DNA of 64,000 bases from Candidatus Buchananbacteria bacterium (GTDB taxonomy: Bacteria; Patescibacteriota; Patescibacteriia; Buchananbacterales; UBA6539). This document shows, one piece after another, positions 16,691 through 26,032 of this stretch. The stretch's first letter is position 1. Each line of letters starts with the position of its first letter. Made by a program: the position numbers and the translations under genes. The notes beneath the pieces were generated by a model. That model was not told the DNA's origin. It did no database searches and was given only the letters and a program-made list of their open reading frames with translations. The DNA lies in the NCBI GenBank assembly GCA_041664165.1, contig JBAYLH010000006.1:143-64142 (forward strand), given 5' to 3'.

Positions 16691-17654
16691 TTAAAAATTC
16701 AGTTAGTTGTTTAGGCAAAGGCGAGGAAAATTCCTGCCATTGATTGGTTAAATCATTAAAACCGATTTTAGCCGAATGCAAAAAAATCCGGCCGGGATCG
16801 ATAACTTTTATTTTTCGGCGCAGGAAATGAAAGAATTTTTTTCTGGGCTTGTAGATTTTGTCGCCTAAAATCGGATGGCCAATCGCGAAAAAATGCGCCC
16901 GAATCTGGTGAGTCCGGCCGGTTAAAATATTTACTTTCAGCAGGGTATAGTCTTTGACATATTCGGTTACTTCGTATTTGGTTTTGGCGGTTTTGTCCCG
17001 AGCCTTAACAATTCGCGTGCCTTGGCGCGGATGAGCGACAAATTGGCCTTCCTGGTTGCGGCCGATCGGCAAATTAATTTCACCTTGAAAATCCTCAATT
17101 TTGCCATAGACTAGCGCTACGTATTCTTTTTTAACCAGTCGGCTTTTAAACTGGTCTTTTAAGTGCCGATAAGCTTCGTTGGTTTTGGCAATCATCATGA
17201 CGCCGGAAACGTCGCGATCCAGCCGATGAATGATGCCACCGCGATAATTTTCGTCGCCAATTTTTTTTATTTCCGGATAGCGCTTAGCGACCCAGTCGAC
17301 CAAAGTATCTTTTTCGCCTTTTTCGGTTGGATGAACTAGCAGCCCGACGGGTTTGTCAACGACTAAAAAATCGTTATTTTCAAAAATTATTTTGGGCGGT
17401 AGGGGGGTAGGGAAGTAGGGAAGTAGGGTGGTAGATTGGTAGGGCGGTAGAGGGGTAGGAGGATTTTTGATTTCGACGGAAACAATGTCGCCATTTTTTA
17501 AGAAATGATGGACTTTGGTTGGTTTATCATTAATCAAGACTAGGCCGCCTTCGATTATTTTTTTCAGTTGCGACCTGGTTTGGTCATTTAGTTTTTTTAC
17601 TAAAAAGTGGTCGAGTCTTTGGCCGGTTTCTTCCGGTTGGATGACAAATTTCAT
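16671..17654 (-). CDS. rluD: RluA-family 23S rRNA pseudouridine synthase (RluD-like) with a Pro/Thr-rich in-frame insertion
   Basis: HRLDRDVSGVMMIAKT catalytic motif and an S4 domain N-terminus. The insertion PPTPLPPYQSTTLLPYFPTPLPP is encoded by the G-rich repeat 17394-17463. Confidence 0.8.
   Translation of the reverse strand: MKFVIQPEETGQRLDHFLVKKLNDQTRSQLKKIIEGGLVLINDKPTKVHHFLKNGDIVSVEIKNPPTPLPPYQSTTLLPYFPTPLPPKIIFENNDFLVVDKPVGLLVHPTEKGEKDTLVDWVAKRYPEIKKIGDENYRGGIIHRLDRDVSGVMMIAKTNEAYRHLKDQFKSRLVKKEYVALVYGKIEDFQGEINLPIGRNQEGQFVAHPRQGTRIVKARDKTAKTKYEVTEYVKDYTLLKVNILTGRTHQIRAHFFAIGHPILGDKIYKPRKKFFHFLRRKIKVIDPGRIFLHSAKIGFNDLTNQWQEFSSPLPKQLTEFLNACRKK
17394..17463. repeat. G-rich tandem repeat on + strand (ggtagggg/gtagggaa/gtagggtg...) inside rluD coding sequence
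   Basis: Seven or more ggtag(g) units. They have G-quadruplex potential on the template strand and are in frame. Confidence 0.7.
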
Positions 17655-17658
17655 AGCT

Positions 17659-19179
17659 TTAAAGATACTTTTTGATGTAATTTAAGCCCTGGTCTTTAGT
17701 TTTGATTTTGCCGCGCAGCTGGGCTTCGCGCAAAATTGCCAGGTATTTGCCGATCTTCGGACTGGAGACAAGCTTAAATTTTTTTATTAAATCGTGGCCG
17801 TTGACCAAAGGTTTGGGCAACTCTTTTTTATTTAAGCTGGTTTTGCCCAGTTTTTTGATGTGCTTTTGTAATTTTTGGTAGCTAGAAAAATCCGGCCGGC
17901 CGGAAGGCGGAACCGTCGCCAAGATGTCGGCAAAAATCAGCATCAATAGCTCGCGGCCGGGAAAATCAGGGTTAAAAAAATATTTTTCAATGGTGGTATC
18001 TTTCATCTCGGCCGATTTGGTATGGGTCGGCAGCATGTGTTTACTGATAATTTTAGAAATTAAGTCAATGTCTAAACCGGCCGAAGCCAATTTCAGCCGG
18101 TCGGCGATTTGACAGAATTTTTGGGCGGAAACATTATCGTGATTATTAAACCTCAGCCGGTCGGCCCGGATAATGGTGTCAGGTTTGCCGATGTCGTGGA
18201 AAAGCAAACCCCATTTAATTTCCGCCGGAACTAAAACCTCGCCGAATTCTTTTTTGAACTTTTTAGCTTTTAAATTGTTTAAAGCTAAAACCGTGTGCCG
18301 CCAGCAGTCGCCTTCCGAATGGAAATTTTTCGGCTGGGGGCATTTTTTCATTTTCAGCAATTCCGGGATCAAAATTTTTATCGCGCCTGACTGATCTAAA
18401 AGTTTTAGACCTAAAACCGGATCGGCGCTGATGGTTTTGATTAATTCTTTGGCAATGACTTCGGCGGGCACGATTCTTTCGTTATCAACGATTTTATCAA
18501 TATTTTTTATGCCCTTGACGATGGCTTGCCAAGTTTTGGTTTCAATTTTAAAACCCAGCTGGGTGGCAAATCGGATGGCGCGCAGCATTCGAGAATAATC
18601 TTCCTGAAATCTTTTTTGGGGATCGCCAACGGCTCGGATAATTTTTTTATTAATGTCAGCTAGGCCGTTAAAGGGATCAATTAGTAGGCTGGTAGGCTGG
18701 TAGGCTGGTAGGTTGGTAGAGATTTTGTAGGCCATGGCGTTGATGGTAAAATCGCGGCGGGACAAATCCGCTTCAATATTCAACTTGGCATTACTGGCAA
18801 TTTTAAAATCGTGGTAAGCGCCGGACAGGCTGGCCGAATGTTCCGTTCGGGGCAGGGCAATATCAATTTCTTCTTTTTCCCAAAGCTTCGGCCGGAATTT
18901 AAAAACCCCAAACCGTTTGCCGACTAAACTGACTTTGCCTTGAGTAGCCAAAAATTTTTCCAAAGCTGCTTTGTTGACGAGCCGGACGACAAAGTCAAAA
19001 TCATTAGTCGGCCGATTTAAAATGGCATCCCGTACGGCGCCGCCAACTAAAAAAACCTCAGCTGGCGGAAATTTTTTAGCAAGCTGATTGATGAAGGGTT
19101 TAATTTGTTCGCCTACGCTTTTTGATAAGCTTAGGGCTTGGGTCGGTAAATTTTTTTGAAGATTTTGCTTATTTTCCAT
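17659..19179 (-). CDS. cca: CCA-adding tRNA nucleotidyltransferase (pol-beta head + HD domain, Bacillus-type)
   Basis: GGAVRDAILNRPTNDFDFVV head motif, RRDFTINAMA, HDIGKP in the HD domain, and a C-terminal tRNA-binding tail. Confidence 0.8.
   Translation of the reverse strand: MENKQNLQKNLPTQALSLSKSVGEQIKPFINQLAKKFPPAEVFLVGGAVRDAILNRPTNDFDFVVRLVNKAALEKFLATQGKVSLVGKRFGVFKFRPKLWEKEEIDIALPRTEHSASLSGAYHDFKIASNAKLNIEADLSRRDFTINAMAYKISTNLPAYQPTSLLIDPFNGLADINKKIIRAVGDPQKRFQEDYSRMLRAIRFATQLGFKIETKTWQAIVKGIKNIDKIVDNERIVPAEVIAKELIKTISADPVLGLKLLDQSGAIKILIPELLKMKKCPQPKNFHSEGDCWRHTVLALNNLKAKKFKKEFGEVLVPAEIKWGLLFHDIGKPDTIIRADRLRFNNHDNVSAQKFCQIADRLKLASAGLDIDLISKIISKHMLPTHTKSAEMKDTTIEKYFFNPDFPGRELLMLIFADILATVPPSGRPDFSSYQKLQKHIKKLGKTSLNKKELPKPLVNGHDLIKKFKLVSSPKIGKYLAILREAQLRGKIKTKDQGLNYIKKYL
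18683..18721. repeat. Octamer tandem repeat (taggctgg x3 + taggttgg) inside cca coding sequence
   Basis: Perfect tandem copies that encode NLPAYQPTSLL in frame. They share the ggtagg core with the rluD repeat. Confidence 0.75.
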
Positions 19180-19419
19180 AGTTTTATTGTAGCATTAAAG
19201 CCCGAAAACACAAAAATAATAAAGTCGCCCCTCACCCACCCCATCTCCCGAAGAACCTGCCTTGACGGTAGACAGGGAGAGGGGAATTAGCTCTAACCCC
19301 CTTCTATCCCTCACTTAAATTAAGGACAAGAAGGCTTTTTTTGGGCTTGGGTTGACTAAGCTATTCAAAGCTAGTAAGCTAAAGCCAATAAATAAGCTGT
19401 TTTGACAGGAGAAACAGCG

Positions 19420-19784
19420 TTTTACGCACGTCACAACTTATTAAGGGAAGGGGAAATCGTATGTCACACGGCAGTCACAAGACAACCAAACACGGAGAAA
19501 AAGGTGATGTCCGACGGAAGTTTCACCGCGGTGGGCCTCAATGCGTTTCCAGGCGGAAGCTCAGCAAAAAGAAAAAGAATGAACAACAGTAGAGAGAAAG
19601 GGAAGGTAGCTATGGCCAGCGCCTCAAAAAAAAGAAAAGGAATTGGAGGGTGGAAGCCGGAAAATTGCCCCGGCGGCGGTAGTGAAAAGATCAAATTCCG
19701 GACACACTTAAGGTCCGGACCGAGAAAAAAGCGGCCAAAAGGGCCACCACCAAAGAACAGATAAGAGAGGAGACAACGATAACG
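19420..19784 (+). other. Purine-rich (A+G-biased) leader of about 365 nt upstream of the purM-like gene, a candidate cis-regulatory RNA
   Basis: The + strand is strongly A/G-rich. The ORF-track ORF 19402-19764 and two short basic ORFs are more likely artefacts of this composition. Confidence 0.35.
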
Positions 19785-20966
19785 ATGAAAAAGTATACGG
19801 AAGACGGAGTTGATACCGTAGAAGGCGACAGCCTCAGTGCCTGTGCTGGTAAACTTTGTGCCAGTACTTACGGGAATTCACCTTTGATCGAGGTGTATGA
19901 TATGTCGCAGGGCAACTTTCGCGGGCCAAGGGGTTATCGTTTGGTCCAAGTACCTCCCGATTGCGTGATGACCTTGGCACCCGATGGAGTCGGTACTAAG
20001 GTCGTGGTCATCGATGCTTCGTTTGGTCATCGCAAGGCCGGGTTTGACCTAGCGGCGATGACCGGGATGGACATTACTCGCTGGGGTGGCAAACCATTGG
20101 TTTTCACTAACGTGCTGGATACTTTCACGATTGGCAAACAGGGTGACAGAACTAACGTCGCCAGTCGGGAGCTTCTTGCCGGTTTAGTTGATGCCGCCAA
20201 AGTGCTTCAAATGGTTGTGCTCAATGGCGAAACAGCGGAATTGTCCAGTTGTGTTGGTTCGGAAAACCCCGACGCGACCGTGATGTTCAATTGGGCTGGT
20301 GTGGCCTGGGGTATTTATCACCCGAAAAAGATGATTCTTGGTGACACTTTGGCACCGGGACAGAGCATCATGGCTCTGAAAGATTGGTTTCGATCCAACG
20401 GTCACAGCTCAGCGCGCAAGGCTTTGGCTATGCATTTTGGGCCAAAGTGGTGGGAGAATCCTGACGCTACGGAGACTATCGCCGCTGTGGCGACGCCATC
20501 GATGTTGTATGACCCGTTTCTTAATCACGTTCACGGCTGGGACAATCCGGATTTGTGTCCGATAATACCGATCCATCTGATCGTCCATAATTCCGGCGGA
20601 GCCATCGAGGACAAATTCGCCAAAGATTTGTTATTTCCGGCGGGACTTTCAGCGGAACTCGACGACTTGTTCGATCCACCGCAGGCAATGAAAGATATTG
20701 TTACCTGGCGGGGGATGACTGATTTGGACTGGTTAGGTACCTTCAATGGTGGCCAAGGTGCTTTAGTTGTGGTTGATCCGGAAAATGAAGGTCAGTTTAT
20801 TGATTTGGCCGAGAGCTACGGAGTCACTGCCAGGCGTTGTGGTCGGATTATAGAGACTGCTGCCAGCGAAATGCCGCAGGTGTGCGTCCTTTCTAAGTTC
20901 ACTGGTGAATGGGTTACACTGAAATCGAAACCTAAACAAGCGACTACTGACGGAGGGTTAAGGTGA
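19785..20966 (+). CDS. purM: Phosphoribosylformylglycinamidine cyclo-ligase (AIR synthetase, PurM family)
   Basis: EDGVDTVEGDSL, LAPDGVGTKV, NGETAELSS and TFNGGQGALVVV align with PurM conserved blocks. GC is about 55%. Confidence 0.75.
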   Translation: MKKYTEDGVDTVEGDSLSACAGKLCASTYGNSPLIEVYDMSQGNFRGPRGYRLVQVPPDCVMTLAPDGVGTKVVVIDASFGHRKAGFDLAAMTGMDITRWGGKPLVFTNVLDTFTIGKQGDRTNVASRELLAGLVDAAKVLQMVVLNGETAELSSCVGSENPDATVMFNWAGVAWGIYHPKKMILGDTLAPGQSIMALKDWFRSNGHSSARKALAMHFGPKWWENPDATETIAAVATPSMLYDPFLNHVHGWDNPDLCPIIPIHLIVHNSGGAIEDKFAKDLLFPAGLSAELDDLFDPPQAMKDIVTWRGMTDLDWLGTFNGGQGALVVVDPENEGQFIDLAESYGVTARRCGRIIETAASEMPQVCVLSKFTGEWVTLKSKPKQATTDGGLR

Positions 20967-21706
20967 TGAATGATACAATCCGCTTTGCCATAGTTGCTTC
21001 CGGCGGCGGCACTGGTGCCAATGCGGTGATGACCGCTTACCGTAAAAAACAGTTGCTGCCGGAGTGCGAGATTGTTGAATTACTAGTTACCAAGGCTGGT
21101 GCTGACTGTTTGAAAAAGGCAGAGGCACATTAAATTCACACGACGGTTATTGCCCGCCATGGAAATTTCTGGGATGAACATCTCAAAATCGACCGGCCAA
21201 TGATGCAGAATGATTTTGAAATAGCAGTCAGCTATTGGCTTGCGGTTAATGAAATCCGGCTCGTCTTTTTGCTGGGATGTATTCACCGGATGCCTGCCGA
21301 TTGTATCGGCAAGGATGGCCGGTCGATAGTAATGTATAACATCCACCCAGCCGATCCGCTTGCCCACGGCGGCCAAGGAATGTACGGTTTAGCGCCACAC
21401 AGGCACGTTTTGGCCGAAATTCTTGACCAAATTACCCGAGAGCAGAAAGGGATAGAAGAAGAGTTTTTCACCTGGCCAACTGTTCATGAAGTGACTGCGG
21501 AATATGACCAAGGGTCGCCGTTGTTGACTCACGCCGTGAGAATATCAACGGCTATCATTGAAAAGGCGCAGGAACTGCAGCGCGCCGGCCAACCTTTGGA
21601 CGAAGCAGCCAAGATGTTGCAAGCTTTGGTGCTGCCCTGCGAGCACTTGTTGCTCCCGGCAGCAGTCAATTTAGCCTGCCAACGGATTTTGGTTGCTAAG
21701 GGCTAA
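20966..21706 (+). pseudogene. purN: Phosphoribosylglycinamide formyltransferase (PurN-like) with a single in-frame TAA at 21131-21133
   Basis: FAIVASGGGTGANAV N-terminal block, then ...KKAEAH*IHTTVIARHG..., then NIHPADPLAHGGQGMYGL (the NIHPSLLP block). Both halves are in the same frame (20966 and 21200 are both frame 2). The ATG overlaps the purM stop. Confidence 0.7.
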
Positions 21707-21788
21707 GTGAGTTGTACCTTGTAGTTATTACCGCGTTTTCTTGGTTTCGTACCGAGGATTCGCGGTCTCCCGACGTTTGCTTCGCGAA

Positions 21789-21838
21789 AATCGGGATCCC
21801 GACTCGCTGCTTCGCGGTGACGTCGGGATTTTTTTTAT
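21789..21838 (+). terminator. Terminator built on the palindromic unit atcgggatcccgac...gtcgggat + T8
   Basis: atcccgac/gtcgggat 8-bp stem with a 17-nt loop, followed by tttttttt. A second atcgggatcccgac unit lies at 21882-21933. Confidence 0.55.
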
Positions 21839-21990
21839 TATAAAATACTAATCTACGAATATCCCGATGTTTAGCTTCGCTAAAATCGGGATCCCGACTT
21901 CTTTATTATTAATAATATAATGTACGTCGGGACATCCGAATGCTGGTATCCGCGCCAGCCGGACATTACTTTTTCAAATTGAATATTCGC

Positions 21991-22035
21991 GAGTTTTGGT
22001 GAGGGGTTAAACTTGGCAAGAATAATATTACGCCC
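21991..22035 (+). repeat. Partial copy of the REP-like element tail (gagttttggtgaggggttaaacttggcaagaataatattacgccc)
   Basis: About 90% identical to 26093-26136. Confidence 0.7.
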
Positions 22036-22388
22036 AGCCGAATGCCGGTATCGGTAGTTTGACTAAACTATTAAAAATCATTAAGATTAAGCAAGTTTAG
22101 AAGCGTTGTTCTACTAAATAGTCTGCCTTTGTCCCAATAAATTGGGACTACGGCGAGACAAGTCCGCCTTCAGTCGCCTTTGGCGACTTTCGGCGAGACA
22201 AGGAGGGACAGCGTTTTTGGTACGTTTACAATCCGTGTTTCCATTCGCCCAAAGTGAGGGCGGATGTTGAGAATAGATGAAGAAGGATGGGAAACTGTCT
22301 TGAGGAAAGGTTGGGTAGAGTATGGTAGTAAAGGAAATATCTTTTTGGGATGGGCTAGGTGTATTTGGTGCGGAAAGGAGAGTGTCAC

Positions 22389-25271
22389 ATGGTTTCATCG
22401 GTCTATAAGACTAGGACCGGACTTGATCCGGCTGCCGCGCAGTTGTTTAGGCGACTGCATCAGAATGGTTATACCAAGGTAACCGCAGTTAGACTTGAAC
22501 GAGTACTCCGGGTCGAAGGTGTTGATCCTGAACAAGTCGATAAGTTAATGCCACTTTTTTTCCATCCAGTTTTGGAGGAGATAAGTGGTGCTTCTCTGCT
22601 TGATGAAGCAATGGGGCCGATAGTTGAAGTCTGCTATCAGCGCGGTGTTACCGATCCGGAACTCAAGTCAACCAGGCATGCCGCCCAAGCTTTGGGCGTC
22701 GACAATCTGGAATGGGCGCGTTTGGCAACCCGCTATCAATTCTTTGGCGTGGATGGTCAAACTGCCCGTGAGATTGGTAAACGTTTTCTCTATAACGATC
22801 AAGTGGAAACCGTTATCGAACCCGGAGAAATTTGGGAAACACTTAAGCCGCAGGGAAAATCTGTCGGCGTAGAGTATCTCGATATAGCCAATATGGACAT
22901 CGAGGCGATGAGAACTTTGTCGTCCAAGCGCCGTTTGTTTATGGATGATGCCCAACTTCTCGCCGTTCGACTCTTCTTTGCTGAAACCGAACCACACTTG
23001 ATGCGCGATGGCGAACTGGAAATGACGGCAGCGGCCTGGGGTGATCACTGCAACCACACGGCGATGAAATCACTTGGTTTGCTACAAAGGATTCAGCAAG
23101 CCACGGCGCGGATTAACCATCCGCTGCTAATTTCGGCTTTTGTTGACAACTCTGGCGTGATGGAATTCTTCCTCGGCCAAGCCATCAATTTCAAGGGTGA
23201 AACCCACATCTCGCCTTCGTCACTAGCTACCTATGGTGGAATCATGACCAAGCACGGTGGAGTAATTCGTGATATCCAGTTTACCGGTCAAGGTGCTTGG
23301 CCGATTGCTGGGACAACGATTATGGGCATTTGTGATCCCAGGATTGCCTGGGTCGATGTTCCTAAAGGTGCACTTCATCCGCTGGTGATTTTGTTGGAAT
23401 CTATTCGGGGTACCAAGGACTACTGTAATCCGATGGGGATTCCAATGGCTTGGTCGCAATACCTAGTTCATCCCGGGAACGTTAAGTGTCTTGCCCTTGG
23501 TCATTCAATTGGAATTATGCCGGCAGATCGGGCGCAAAAGGGTGAACCACAACCCGATGATCTCGTCGTTTTGATCGGCGGGGATACTGGTAATGACGGG
23601 ATGCACGGAGCCACGGTTAGCAGTGCCGGATTGACTCATGAAAGCGCGGCAGTTGACGGCACCCACGTTCAGATCGGTATGCCAATTGAAGAGCGGGTGT
23701 TTATGGAAGCCATTCCGGTTCTTCGTGATGCCAACTGTATTCGCGCTTGTACTGATTGCGGTGCGGCTGGTTTGTCTTCGGCCGTGGGTGAGATGGGCAG
23801 CAAGACCGGGGTGTTTGTAAACCTGGCTTTTGTGCCACTCAAAACCCGAGGGTTGAAGCGTTGGGAAATCTGGCTTTCGGAAAGCCAGGAACGCGGCGTG
23901 CTGGCTATTCCGCCAGATAAACTTGAGTTAGCGTTGCAGATTTTGCGCGACTACGGTGTTCCAGTAACTGTCATCGGCGTGTTTACCGACACTAAACGTT
24001 GTCAGGTTATCTATGACGAAAGTCAAAACTACGGTACTTGGTTAACCAATCGGACTACTAGCTTGGCCGGCGAAGTCGTTGTTGATTTGCCCTACGGTTT
24101 TCTGTCGCAGGAATGCCCGTTACCCAAAATTGAAGTGAGAGAACCCAAAGAGAAGCCGGAGGCATTTCGGCCGTCGGTGCCAGCTAATGAGCCAGCCTGG
24201 GTCGGTTTGGTTCAAAAACACTTAGGCCAGTTCAATATTTCGGATCAGTCAGGCGCCGCGCATCAATTTGATCAGACGGTTCAGGGTGCAACTCGGTTGG
24301 CGTATATGGGAGGATATGATGAACGGATGCCTGACGAGCTCATGGCTACTACGCCGATTTTGGGTGAATCTTATACAGTTGGTCTGGCTAATGCCTGTAA
24401 TCAATTCTATGGTGATGTTGACCCGGCCGGTCAAGGTCGGTTGGTGATGGCTCAGGCGATGACGAGGCTGGTGGCAGCCGGTTTTTCGTCTGACGACATT
24501 GTCTGTAACGTCAACCTTTACACCTCACGAGTCGTTGGTTTTCCCGAGAATGCCTGGCGGTTGAAGCAATTGGTCGAGTATGGCTACGCTCCGGCGTCGG
24601 AAGAACTCGGCATGCCAGTGGGTTCTGGTAAGGACAGTTGTAGCGGCACTTTTGCCACTGCCGATGGTCGCCACATTCACGCGCCATTGACTCTAGATGT
24701 CTTGGCCGTGGGTCGGATGCCGGACTACAGACGACTGATTCCTAAGGCCTTCTCGCAGCCTGGTGACAAGCTGGTGCTGTTTCATCAAGGTCTGAAGGAA
24801 ATCAATCTCGGTGGATCAGTGTTTCTAGATTTGTTTGACCATCGTCGTGGCGACAAGTTACCGGTCTTGGATCTCAAAGACCTGCGTCGTGGACTCATTA
24901 ACTACCATCAGATGCTAATGAGTCTTAATTGGTCGGCGGGTGTTCACTCGCGATCGGTTGTGGCCGAAGGCGGATTGATTCGGCGGTTGTTTGAGATGTG
25001 TTACGGCGGCGATTTAGGCTGCAAAATCGACCTGCCCGAAAGTTGTGATGGCGTTTTGGAGTGGCTGTTTGGTGAACCCAATAGTGCGATTCTTTTGGCC
25101 GTTCCAGAAGTTGATCCGTTGCTGAATTCGCTAAGCGAATGCACCGTTCTTGGAGAAGTCACGGCCGAACCGACAATGGCCGTTTCTTATCACAGAGAGC
25201 CGCTTTTCTCCGAAACGATAGCGACTTTGGCAACTAACTGGGCGAAGACCTTTACGGAGGTGGTCATATGA
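22389..25271 (+). CDS. purL: Phosphoribosylformylglycinamidine synthase subunit PurL with N-terminal PurS-like extension (PurS-PurL fusion)
   Basis: DHCNHTAMKS, GGVIRDIQFTGQGAWPIAG, GDTGNDGMHGATVSSA, VQIGMPIEE and WLSESQERGVLAI match PurL blocks. SD aaggagag lies upstream of the ATG at 22389. Confidence 0.8.
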   Translation: MVSSVYKTRTGLDPAAAQLFRRLHQNGYTKVTAVRLERVLRVEGVDPEQVDKLMPLFFHPVLEEISGASLLDEAMGPIVEVCYQRGVTDPELKSTRHAAQALGVDNLEWARLATRYQFFGVDGQTAREIGKRFLYNDQVETVIEPGEIWETLKPQGKSVGVEYLDIANMDIEAMRTLSSKRRLFMDDAQLLAVRLFFAETEPHLMRDGELEMTAAAWGDHCNHTAMKSLGLLQRIQQATARINHPLLISAFVDNSGVMEFFLGQAINFKGETHISPSSLATYGGIMTKHGGVIRDIQFTGQGAWPIAGTTIMGICDPRIAWVDVPKGALHPLVILLESIRGTKDYCNPMGIPMAWSQYLVHPGNVKCLALGHSIGIMPADRAQKGEPQPDDLVVLIGGDTGNDGMHGATVSSAGLTHESAAVDGTHVQIGMPIEERVFMEAIPVLRDANCIRACTDCGAAGLSSAVGEMGSKTGVFVNLAFVPLKTRGLKRWEIWLSESQERGVLAIPPDKLELALQILRDYGVPVTVIGVFTDTKRCQVIYDESQNYGTWLTNRTTSLAGEVVVDLPYGFLSQECPLPKIEVREPKEKPEAFRPSVPANEPAWVGLVQKHLGQFNISDQSGAAHQFDQTVQGATRLAYMGGYDERMPDELMATTPILGESYTVGLANACNQFYGDVDPAGQGRLVMAQAMTRLVAAGFSSDDIVCNVNLYTSRVVGFPENAWRLKQLVEYGYAPASEELGMPVGSGKDSCSGTFATADGRHIHAPLTLDVLAVGRMPDYRRLIPKAFSQPGDKLVLFHQGLKEINLGGSVFLDLFDHRRGDKLPVLDLKDLRRGLINYHQMLMSLNWSAGVHSRSVVAEGGLIRRLFEMCYGGDLGCKIDLPESCDGVLEWLFGEPNSAILLAVPEVDPLLNSLSECTVLGEVTAEPTMAVSYHREPLFSETIATLATNWAKTFTEVVI

Positions 25272-25990
25272 GTGAAAGAGTGAGAGTTTTAATACCGTAT
25301 TTTCCGGGTGTTAATTGCCACCGAGAAACAATGTACGCTTTCAGGAGCGTTGGAGCTGAACCGAGACTAGGATTACTTTCGGCCTTAATGGATGGAACCT
25401 GTCGTCTCGATGACTGCGATATCCTCGCTTTAGCCGGCGGCTTTGCTTTCGGTGATGATCACGCCGCCGGTCGGGTGATGGCTATTGACTTGACACGACG
25501 CTTCGGTGATCAATTGAGGCGAGTTGTCGAAAAACATATTCCGGTTATCGGGATCTGCAATGGCTTTCAAGCCCAAATGGAAACAGGGCTATTGCCTGGC
25601 GATGGCGAAATTGGTCAACCGACTGCGGTTTTGGATCATAACGTCACGGCTAGGTTTGAGCACTGGCGGTTTACGCCAGTTGTTTTGCACGATCCGGTTG
25701 ACGTTGGCTGCGTTTGGACCAAAGGCCTAGATGGAGCCAAGATTCGTCTGCCGTCCGCACATGGACAAGGATTTCCGGTGCTACCTAATGGCCCGGACTC
25801 GTATCACGTCATGGCGACATACGGTGCCTATGAAGGCGATAGTACCTACATCGGCGTTGGTGGCTCTAGCCCCAATGGCAGTAAAATTGCCGGACTTTGT
25901 ACCAAGTACTGCGCCGGTTTGATGCCTCATCCCGAACGGTCTGAGGATGGTCTAGTCATCTTCGAGGCAGGGGTTAATTCTGTTCGTTGA
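25268..25990 (+). CDS. purQ: Phosphoribosylformylglycinamidine synthase glutamine amidotransferase subunit PurQ
   Basis: GICNGFQ nucleophile motif and HPER. Its start overlaps the purL stop (ATGA). Confidence 0.8.
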   Translation: MSERVRVLIPYFPGVNCHRETMYAFRSVGAEPRLGLLSALMDGTCRLDDCDILALAGGFAFGDDHAAGRVMAIDLTRRFGDQLRRVVEKHIPVIGICNGFQAQMETGLLPGDGEIGQPTAVLDHNVTARFEHWRFTPVVLHDPVDVGCVWTKGLDGAKIRLPSAHGQGFPVLPNGPDSYHVMATYGAYEGDSTYIGVGGSSPNGSKIAGLCTKYCAGLMPHPERSEDGLVIFEAGVNSVR

Positions 25991-26032
25991 TTTGTCCTAC
26001 CGCGTGGCTTTCCTTTGGGAGAGCCCGCGGTC

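Noticed and set aside
19402-19764. 120-aa ORF inside the purine-rich leader
   Set aside because: Its composition follows the A/G bias. It has no conserved motif and reads as a low-complexity K/R/G string. I kept the region only as a candidate regulatory leader.
20966-21706. Alternative genetic code (stop-codon reassignment) as the explanation for the purN internal TAA
   Set aside because: All other long genes in the window, including glmS, mgtA, the kinase and the 1876-aa protein, are intact under the standard code. Known bacterial reassignments involve UGA, not UAA.
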